A stretch of 64,000 nucleotides of DNA from assembly GCA_964016885.1 (NCBI GenBank), contig OZ024741.1, positions 24,800,001 to 24,864,000 on the forward strand. The letters are read 5' to 3'. Both the position numbers and the translations under genes were made by a program. Shown here piece by piece: positions 12,801 through 21,886 of the stretch (the stretch's first letter is position 1; each line of letters begins with the position of its first letter). A model generated the notes under the pieces. It searched no databases. It saw only the letters and a program-made list of their open reading frames with translations, and had not been told where the DNA came from. This DNA is from Eledone cirrhosa (taxonomy: Eukaryota).

Positions 12801-13282
12801 CTCTACCCGTTCGAGAAAAGCTCTACAGACACGGGCACCCGGGCAGGGATCCCTCGAAAAAGATTTGCCCTAGATGCGTGCGTCACGAAGAAACCGTTGC
12901 GCACGCATTGGTGCACTGTCCGGGCGTGGCTGATCTGTGGGGCTACGCCGAACGACTGCTGTCGCGGGTGGCGCCGATTCGATTGACCGCCGAGTCCGTG
13001 ATGACAATCAAACCGCCTCCCCTCTTCACAAAGGAAGCAAAGGCGGTTTTTCTGTGCGTAATAGCCATGTTGAAAGAGGTTGTTTGGTGGACACGATTGA
13101 AAGGTCTGAGGTCAGGCAACTTCCTCTCTGGCCATAGTCTGGTCTACTTCTTCCGATATCACTTCGGAAGAAGGATAAGAATGGAGAGAGAGGTGCTTGG
13201 CCACAGGCAGTTTTATGAAAGGTGGGTGATAGTGGCGAGAATGGCTCGTGTAAATGGGCCTTCTCTGTATACCATCCTGTAG
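9858..13282 (+). pseudogene. ORF2 of LINE copy 1 (APE endonuclease + reverse transcriptase), disrupted
   Basis: CLNARGL, GDWN, YTDH, PGLDG, FRPITLLN, QGCPLS, YADD and CPRC..ETVAHALVHC motifs. Relative to copy 2 there are compensating indels at ~10241-10257, a 2-bp loss at ~10956, an 8-bp deletion at ~12568 and a GGA>TGA change at ~12687. Confidence 0.9.
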
Positions 13283-13640
13283 GTAAAGAAGTGAAGGAGA
13301 GGGGAGCACCTTCTCCATGTGCTCCCTGGGCAAAGGATTGCACACTTTTTCGGGGGGGGGGGTGCAACCCCCATCACGTCCCCTCCTTTTTGAGGTTGTT
13401 TTTGATTATTTTCATTTTATACCCTTTTTACTCGGTTTTATGTAAACTCCCCCTTTGTATTTGTCCCTTCTTTTTATACCTTTAAGGTAAATAAAGAAAT
13501 ATATCTATGTTTATAGGTCTATATATATATATAATTACATAATGATATTGACTTATATGTTACTAAACATAGTTCTATATATAATTACATGGATGATATT
13601 AACCTATATATTACTAACACATGTTTTTCTATATGTATAG

Positions 13641-13798
13641 TTATGTAGAGGATATTGACTTGTTAACTGGTGGAATAACAGAGACACCAACAAATGGAGC
13701 TGTCTTTGGACCACTCTTTCAATGTTTATTGGGAACTCAAATGTCAACGTTAAAGTTTGGTGACAGGTTTTGGTACCAGAACAACAGATTCACTCCAG
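13641..13798 (+). CDS. Animal heme peroxidase-like protein, internal exon C
   Basis: Acceptor atgtatag|T (phase 2, joins AA to give AAT), donor CCAG|gtaaaa. Translates YVEDIDLLTGGITETPTNGAVFGPLFQCLLGTQMSTLKFGDRFWYQNNRFTP. Confidence 0.93.
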
Positions 13799-14347
13799 GT
13801 AAAACATTTATTTTATATAGTTTTTCTCTTTTAACTTTTTCTCTTTATTTCAGTTGTTGTTTTTGTTTTACTATAAATAAAGATAATAAACAGTTTCTAG
13901 CACTGTTATTGTGAGGGTATGGTGAACAGCTGTTGTTGTGTGTAGGATAGATCAGGCTATGGGCTGATCCTTCATGAAGATTATCTTATGCTACTTTGAC
14001 TAGGAAGAGCAGAAAGTTTTACTCAGGTAAACAAGATAAAATATTGTATGTTAGATAAAATTGAAATGGTTAACGGGGAAGACAACTCTTCTTTGAGCCC
14101 CTCATCTACTTTTTCATGTTCCACTTGTAGAGGAAGATGATCCTCTCCAGTAAACTTACTAAAAGGTAGATGATAGTGAAACCTTCACTGTACCTCATAC
14201 CTTGTATTGTCCTAACATGTGAAGCCCTTGTAGACAATGAAGAAAATATAATAATGATAATTGTTGTTATTGTTGCTGTTGTTATTTCAGTAGTTTTATT
14301 AATATGTCGAGCACAGTATGACTTGTTTTTCTTCTCTATTTTTCAAA

Positions 14348-14530
14348 TGTATTAAAAGTACTTTATATATATGTGCAGATGATGATGAGTGTTTAGTACT
14401 GTATTAAAAGTACTTTATATGATATGTGTGCAGTGTTTAGTATTGTATTAAAAGTACTTTATATGATATGTGTGCAGTGTTTAGTATTGTATTAAAAGTA
14501 CTTTATATAATATATGTATGCAGTATTTAG
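14348..14530. repeat. ~44-bp minisatellite, 3-4 copies
   Basis: gtgtttagtattgtattaaaagtactttatatgatatgtgtgca repeated. Confidence 0.8.
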
Positions 14531-14610
14531 TAACACTATTTCCTCTAGGTTGTAGTCCTCCCTTTGACTATTTCCTCATCATATTTACATGAAATAACAT
14601 TAAATAGAAT

Positions 14611-15695
14611 TCGATAATTATATCAACATCTTCTCTATTTTCAGATCAATTGAAATCAATAATTATATCAACATCTTTTCTATTTTCAGATCAATTGAAA
14701 TCAATAATTATATCAACATCTTCTCTATTTTCAGATCAATTGAAATCAATAATTATATCAACATCTTCTCTATTTTCAGATCAATTGAAATCAATAATTA
14801 TATCAACATCTTCTCTATTTTCAGATCAATTGAAATCAATAATTATATCAACATCTTCTCTATTTTCAGATCAATTGAAATCAATAATTATATCAACATC
14901 TTCTCTATTTTCAGATCAATTGAAATCAATAATTATATCAACATCTTCTCTATTTTCAGATCAATTGAAATCAATAATTATATCAACATCTTCTCTATTT
15001 TCAGATCAATTGAAATCAATAATTATATCAACATCTTCTCTATTTTCAGATCAATTGAAGTCAATAATTATATCAACATCTTCTCTATTTTCAGATCAAT
15101 TGAAATCAATAATTATATCAACATCTTCTCTATTTTCAGATCAATTGAAATCAATAATTATATCAACATCTTCTCTATTTTCAGATCAATTGAAATCAAT
15201 AATTATATCAACATCTTCTCTATTTTCAGATCAATTGAAATCAATAATTATATCAACATCTTCTCTATTTTCAGATCAATTGAAATCAATAATTATATCA
15301 ACATCTTCTCTATTTTCAGATCAATTGAAATCAATAATTATATCAACATCTTCTCTATTTTCAGATCAATTGAAATCAATAATTATATCAACATCTTCTC
15401 TATTTTCAGATCAATTGAAATCAATAATTATATCAACATCTTCTCTATTTTCAGATCAATTGAAATCAATAATTATATCAACATCTTCTCTATTTTCAGA
15501 TCAATTGAAATCAATAATTATATCAACATCTTCTCTATTTTCAGATCAATTGAAATCAATAATTATATCAACATCTTCTCTATTTTCAGATCAATTGAAA
15601 TCAATAATTATATCAACATCTTCTCTATTTTCAGATCAATTGAAATCAATAATTATATCAACATCTTCTCTATTTTCAGATCAATTGAAGTCAAT
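14611..15695 (+). repeat. 45-bp tandem array (24 copies) of the intron/exon-D junction
   Basis: Unit tcaataattatatcaacatcttctctattttcag|atcaattgaaa. Acceptor AGs run from 14643-14644 to 15678-15679 every 45 bp. Confidence 0.97.
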
Positions 15696-15779
15696 CCACT
15701 CAGTGAAGATGAGTAGAATCATCTTTGATAACACAAATATTAATGATATTCAAACAAACCCATTCCTTGTACCAAATAT
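15680..15779 (+). CDS. Animal heme peroxidase-like protein, exon D (shortest form; may start at any of 24 acceptors from 14645)
   Basis: G+AT gives D, then QLKSIHSVKMSRIIFDNTNINDIQTNPFLVPN, matching the family C-terminal QLxxIxxxxLxRIICDN motif. Donor AT|gtaagt at 15780. The following exon was not identified. Confidence 0.88.
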
Positions 15780-15799
15780 GTAAGTATTATTATTATTAT

Positions 15800-16013
15800 T
15801 AGGTTTGGTAGTATCGGTAGAGCATCGGATATCATACTTCATGGCATAGAGTTACAACCCTTTACATTCTGAGTTCAAATCCTGCCGAGGTTAGTTTTGC
15901 CTTTCATCCTCATGGGATTGATAAAATAAAGTACCAATAACGCACTGGGGTCAATTTTATCGACTTTCCCCTCCCCCAAAATTGTTGGCCTTGTGCCTAT
16001 ATAAGAAACCATT
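15800..16013 (+). mobile_element. tRNA-derived SINE (family 2)
   Basis: gagttcaaatcctgccgagg B-box-like head, gcctttcatcct..gggattgataaaataaagtacca core, ggccttgtgcc..agaaac tail. Confidence 0.75.
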
Positions 16014-16692
16014 ATTACCACCATCATCATCATCATCATCATCATCACTAGTCTTATTGTGTTATCACTTCATTACCAAGTACAACTCTGTACACATAGG
16101 ATATGTGCAGTGTGGTTTATGTATTGTGTTATCTAGTGTAGACTATGACTGAAAAAAGTCGTGGTGGTCAGCTTTGAATATATTTATGCTCAATCAAGTT
16201 TGATTTGGGGCTTAAAAGAAACAACAACTATATACAACATTGTATCCTAAAAACAAATTTTTTTTATATTTGATTAAAATAATTTTTTAATATTTGATTT
16301 AAAAAATTTTTAATATTTGATTAAAATATTTTTTTATATTTAATCAAGAGTTACGAAATTTAGTAGATAAATTATGTAATATTCATTCATTATTTCTTCA
16401 AAGTAGTCCAACTTATTTTACAAACAGGATAAAAAAATATATTCTGGATGCAGTCCCGCACTCCTTTCTTTATTATAGTTTAGATATATTATTAAATATG
16501 TATATTATCAAATATATATATTTAATAATATATCTATTATTAAATATATATGTTATTAAATATATATACTATTAAATATATATTTTCATATATTATTAAA
16601 TATATTTATTTAGTAATAATAATATATGTAGAAATAAACACAGTAAATTGTGTCTAAAATTTACTGCGTTTATTTCTACATATATTATTATA

Positions 16693-16873
16693 TAATTGTT
16701 TCTACTTTTGGCACAAGGCCAGCAATTAACCAGTACATTACTGGTACTTTATTTTATCGACCCCGTAAGGATGAAAGGCAAAGTTAACCTCGGCCGGATT
16801 TGAATTCAGACAGTAAAGGGACGTAACTATGCTGGAAAGCATGGCGTCCGACTCTCTACCGATACTGCGAATC
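16693..16873 (-). mobile_element. SINE family 2 copy
   Basis: Reverse complement of the 18362-18550 copy. Confidence 0.8.
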
Positions 16874-17396
16874 CATATTATATAATTGTTTCTATTTTTG
16901 GCACAATCCATATTATATAATGCTCACTATTTATACTTTGAGCTTGTTAATTACAGGGTATCAATATGAGTTAGTAAATTTGTATTTTATTTGTATATTT
17001 AATAATATATATTATTAAATATATTACTAAATATATACTATTATTAAATATATATTTTCATATATTATTAAATATATATAATATTAAATATATATATAAT
17101 ATTAAATATATATATTATTAAATATATATGTTATTAAATATATATACTATTTAATATATTATTAAATATATATACTATTTAATATATTATTAAATATATA
17201 TATTATTTAATATATTATTAAATATATATACTATTTAATATATTATTAAATGGTACTGTTTGTTGAAATGGCAAGAGCTCAGCTGTCAGGTCCCAACTCT
17301 TTATTATATAACCATACTCTACTATACCAAGTATCAAGTACTCTGTTCAGTAATGGTCTAACTATTTTCAAACTGGTTCTATCCTGAATTATATTA

Positions 17397-18349
17397 TCTA
17401 TATATATAAAACTGTGGTTGTCTGTCTGTCTATCGATTTTTGGCACACATCTCCTCTTAGAATCTCTCACGGAATTGCACCGAAATTGCTATACTTGTAC
17501 ATTGAGCCCTAGCGAAGACATCGGAAAAAAGAATATTTCAAATTGACCCACCCTATGTGACGAAATCGAATATAATGTATCGATTTTTGAGCGTAAGTTA
17601 TCAGTTATTTCCCTTTGTTCTGTTTACATTGAGTGTCTTACGTAAAAAATTACGCTGGCTTTAACAGTTGTCGAGCCAGCAAAATATTGACCTGCAAAAT
17701 TCATCAGTTCGAACACTAAGCTTCCGTTTTGCTTCATTTCCATTTAAAAGCATTTTAAAACAATATTTTTACTTGAAAACAAGTCTATTTAAAGACTACG
17801 TAAAACAAGCAAATATTTCGTCGTTAGGCGTGCAGACAGACAGTCGTGCAGACAGACAGTCGTGCAGAGAGGTGATATACGCGTGCAGACAGATAGTCGT
17901 GCAGAGAGGTGATATAGGCGTGCAGACAGACAGTCGTGCAGAGAGGTGATATAGGCGTGCAGACAGATAGTCGTGCAGAGAGGTGATATAGGCGTGCAGA
18001 CAGACAGTCGTGCAGAGAGGTGATATAGGCGTGCAGACAGACATAACTGATAATTTGGTTACGCTAATGTTTTTCTCTGCGTTGCAGTGTTTACATTTTC
18101 GATCTTTGTTAATAAATAACCAGTGCAGTTTCTATCCCCAGCATCCTCTTTTGTTATAACATTCGGGTTATCGTTATGTTTTCTTAACTTCCATAAGGCA
18201 TATTGTTGGTTGAGGGAATATTAATCAAAAACACCACATGCAAGTCTGCACAGTAGACACTACAGTTTTTAAGCCAAGAAAGAAACTTAACATTGTAACT
18301 TTAACACAGCTACTGAGCGACCCCGAGCAACGCCGGGCTTTACTGCTAG
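17397..18349 (+). mobile_element. Non-autonomous Helitron with internal 37-bp minisatellite
   Basis: A|TCTATATATATAAA 5' end, subterminal hairpin cccgagcaacgccggg, CTAG|T 3' end, no TSD. Internal repeat gcgtgcagacagacagtcgtgcagagaggtgatatag at ~17828-18042. Confidence 0.88.
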
Positions 18350-18361
18350 TTAAATATATAT

Positions 18362-18550
18362 AAGGTGGTGAATTGGTAGTATCGGTAGAGGGTTGCACGC
18401 CATGCTTTCTAGCATAGTTACGTCCCTTTACGGTCTGAGTTCAAATCCTGTCGAGGTTAACTTTACCTTTCATCTTTACGGGGTCGATAAAATAAAGTAC
18501 CAGTAATGTACTGGGTAATTGCTGGCCTTGTGCCAAAAGTAGAAACAATT
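18362..18550 (+). mobile_element. SINE family 2 copy
   Basis: Head ggtggtgaattggtagtatcggtagag...gagttcaaatcc, core ggggtcgataaaataaagtaccag. Confidence 0.8.
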
Positions 18551-18623
18551 ATTAAATATATTATTTTAAAAAATATATTATTATTAAATATATATATTTT
18601 CAAATATATTATTAAATGCACAT

Positions 18624-18800
18624 TCATCATCATCATCATCATCATCATCGTTTAACGTCCATCTTCCACGCTAGCATGGGATTGGACGGGAATTTTCCCA
18701 CTTGAGGCAAGATTGGTTGTCTTGCTCATATAGGACTGTCTGGCAGGTTTTCTACGGCTGGATGCCCTTCCTAACACCAACCACATTTACAGTGTGGGAC
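18624..18800 (-). mobile_element. 3' tail of an RTE-like LINE/SINE ending in (ATG)n
   Basis: (CAT)n-cgtttaacgtcc...gctagcatg and ggctggatgcccttcctaacacc match the family-1 SINE tail in reverse. A shorter tail fragment lies at ~1718-1769. Confidence 0.65.
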
Positions 18801-19085
18801 TGGGAGGTTTTTACCGTGTTACCTACACGGCCACATTACAGCATGGACTGTGTGTGTTTTTGTCGTGACACCTACACGACCTCATTTGTTTCGGACTGGT
18901 TGTTGTGGTACCAACATAACTTTACATTAGAATGGGTGGTGTGGATGGGGTGGAGGTAGTGGGGCGGGGTGTATTTTTGTTAGAGGTGCCTACTGACTGT
19001 AGGTTTCGCTTTGTACTTAGGCAAGGCCGGTCTTCTGCATTACACATTATTAAATATATATCATTATTAGATATATAAATGTACA

Positions 19086-19571
19086 TATTGTATATTTAAT
19101 AATATACTGTGTTTATTTTAAAACATTTTGAAGGTGTTTCGCTGTGAATTTAAGGTAGTGACTATAGTCACATACCTAGCTGCAGCAAAAACAAAGGGAA
19201 ATAACCGACGATCGTTACTCGCTGTTTAGCGGTTATCAATGTTATATATCCATCTCTGTTTTTGCTGTGAGATGTAGAAGTTTGTATTCTTATAGAATAC
19301 CAATTATGTTTATGAGCTGTTTAAACTCATTAACATACAGAGTGGTTGCCAGCCTAGCAACGATTAGAAATTTGTGTGGAGCTCTGAAATAGCGATGTAT
19401 ATATATGAATGTATGTATTGTATATTTAATAAACAACGAGAAACAATCATCGGTTATTTCCCTTTGTTTTAGCCGAAGCTAGGTATGTGACTATAGTCAC
19501 CACCTTAAATTTATAGCGAAATATCTTCAAAATGTTTTTAAATAAACACAGTATATTATTAAATATACAAT
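19086..19571. mobile_element. MITE-like element with ~140-bp terminal inverted repeats
   Basis: 19086-19228 is approximately the reverse complement of 19430-19571. Confidence 0.75.
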
Positions 19572-19601
19572 ACACACATTCATATATATATATCATTGCT
19601 T

Positions 19602-19748
19602 TGAAGCATAGAGTTACGTCCCTTTATGATCTGAGTTCAAATCCTGCCGAGGTTAACTTTGCCTTTCATCCTTACGGGGTCGATAAAATAAAGTACCAGT
19701 AATGTACTGGGTAATTGCTGGCCTTGTGCCTAAAATAGAAACAATTAT
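19602..19748 (+). mobile_element. SINE family 2 copy, 5'-truncated
   Basis: Closely matches 18410-18550. Confidence 0.8.
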
Positions 19749-19789
19749 TTCAGAGCTCCAATACAAAATATTTAATATATATATATATA

Positions 19790-20173
19790 CTAGCAGTAAA
19801 GCCCGGCGTTGCTCGGGGTCGCTCAGTAGCTGTGTTAAAGTTACAATGTTAAGTTTCTTTCTTGGCTTAAAAACTGTAGTGTCTACTGTGCAGACTTGCA
19901 TGTGGTGTTTTTGATTAATATTCCCTCAACCAACAATATGCCTTATGAAGTTAAGAAAACATAACGATAACCCGAATGTTATAACAAAAGAGGATGCTGG
20001 GGATAGAAACTGCACTGGTTATTTATTAACAAAGATCGAAAATGTAAACACTGCAACGCAGAGAAAAACATTAGCGTAACCAAATTATCAGTTATGTCTG
20101 TCTGCACGCCTATATCACCTCTCTGCACGACTGTCTGTCTGCACGCCTATATCACCTCTCTGCACGACTGTCT
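19790..20173 (-). mobile_element. Second copy of the 17397-18349 Helitron, inverted, cut by the assembly gap
   Basis: Near-exact reverse complement of ~17965-18349 (one G missing at ~19947), with different flanks. Confidence 0.9.
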
Positions 20174-20373
20174 NNNNNNNNNNNNNNNNNNNNNNNNNNN
20201 NNNNNNNNNNNNNNNNNNNNNNNNNNNNNNNNNNNNNNNNNNNNNNNNNNNNNNNNNNNNNNNNNNNNNNNNNNNNNNNNNNNNNNNNNNNNNNNNNNNN
20301 NNNNNNNNNNNNNNNNNNNNNNNNNNNNNNNNNNNNNNNNNNNNNNNNNNNNNNNNNNNNNNNNNNNNNNNNN
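20174..20373. other. Assembly gap (200 N)
   Basis: Round-number N run. True length and contiguity are unknown. Confidence 0.99.
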
Positions 20374-21863
20374 GAGCCACGGAATACAAAGCCATTGACA
20401 TCACGAACGCCAAGGAAAATTTGCTAGAGGCTAGAAAATACGTATCTTTTGGGGAGGTTCTTTTACGATCAACTCCCCAGAAGAAGTGCGTGAACAGATT
20501 TACAAGAATACCGTAAGCTACAGAACCATAACCAACGAAACGAGAAAGCCAGCGCAATTGACCGAAAGTCAAATCGAGCTGGTTCTGAAAGAAATTAAAA
20601 ATGACATACTCTTTATTCAAAGAGGAAAGCTGTATGCCAGCATTATGGTCCGAATGAAGGACGAAATGCTGGCTCAGAAATATTCGGTGGCACCTATAGT
20701 GTCACCACAATACACCTTCTTCCCCCACATATAAAGGAAGAAGAACACAAAGGATAAGAATGTGGAGCCCTACGCCAGAAATTAACATCTGGTCCGTCCT
20801 AACAGGATTTACCGACCTAGATAAGGACATACTAATTTCAGCAGGGGAGTCCACCAGTGGACTGTTCGGGGGGAAAAGTCTGGAGGTTCTCTTACAGATG
20901 ACACCTGAGAGAATCTCCGGAATACCCGACCGAGTGCTACTGGATGGGCGAACCTACATAAATATCACAGTGGAAGGCAGGAGACCCTCATGTTACCACT
21001 GCGCTGGCAGAGGTCACCTGAGGACGGCCTGCCCTCTACTAACAACTAAAAAACCACTGCTACAAACACCACAACAACAACAAAAACAACCAGCACCACC
21101 ATCACAAAAACAACAAAATACACTACCATCTCCACCAGAACAACAAAAACCAACAACACCACCACCACCACCACCACAACAACAACAACATCAACAACAG
21201 CTCAAGAAAACAACCCAAAACACGGTCCCACCCAGCCCCACCCCACAGAACACAAATACAAAAACAGTTCATACACAACCCGGAGATATACCCCTCCCCT
21301 CCAATACGGAAGAGGAGCTCATATCGTCGGAAGACGAGGGGGCTCCCTTCCAAAAAGTGAAAAGAAAAAAACGTACACACACCACAACAACAAAAATAAC
21401 CCCACCTGACAACACAACACAGACAATAAAACGCAAACTCACTCAACAACAACAAGCAAAAACAAACACAACAACACAAAAACTCTACACATACATAAAC
21501 AAAAACAATGAAAACCTAACTTTAAAAATAGAAACCAACCCTTCGATACAAACCGAAGGGCCGAATTTCGTAACGGCAATGGGGCTCCCTAACCTGAAAA
21601 TGGTGAAAATCCCACTTGACATTTTTAAAACTTTAAAAGACATGTACCCTGAGGACGTGGGCCCACCCTGCACCAGGCCACTCAACCGCGTCCTCCTGAA
21701 AGGTTTTCCCCTCCCCTCCTCAAACACCCACACAACTCCAAAGATCCCAACCCCTCCACACACCAATACCCCCACACCACCACAAACCACCACCCCACCC
21801 ATCAACCCCGCCACCAGCCCCATGGAAACTGAGCGACCCGAACCCCGGGACGCAGAGAGGTAA
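20374..21863 (+). CDS. ORF1 of LINE copy 2 (partial; CCHC knuckle CYHCAGRGHLRTAC, Pro/Gln/Thr-rich)
   Basis: ORF 20760-21863 plus upstream pieces. The two frame changes fall in homopolymers (~20447-20454, ~20722-20726), possibly consensus errors near the contig edge. Confidence 0.8.
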
Positions 21864-21886
21864 GTGCCTCTTTCTTTGCCACCAAC

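Larger units (their letters stand above)
7693..13500 (+). mobile_element. Full-length Tx1/L1-clade non-LTR retrotransposon, degenerate copy in a peroxidase intron
   Basis: 23-bp TSD atatctatgtttataggtctata at 7670-7692 and 13501-13523. ORF1 carries a CCHC knuckle, ORF2 has APE-RT-CCHC, and the 3' end is AATAAAGAAAT. Confidence 0.93.

Noticed and set aside
10736-13485. Numerous overlapping and antisense ORFs in the LINEs (also 21123-25539)
   Set aside because: Shadow frames of GC-rich or CA-rich LINE coding sequence, with no recognisable motifs.
14650-15783. 377-aa stand-alone repeat protein ORF
   Set aside because: It starts at TTG inside the repeat, and its stop lies within a splice donor. 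It is the amplified acceptor plus exon D, not an independent gene.
16428-16500. Candidate final peroxidase exon (acaaacag|G; also ctgtcag|G near 17290)
   Set aside because: The phase fits, but the translations show no peroxidase C-terminal similarity. The last exon remains unidentified and may lie in or beyond the gap.
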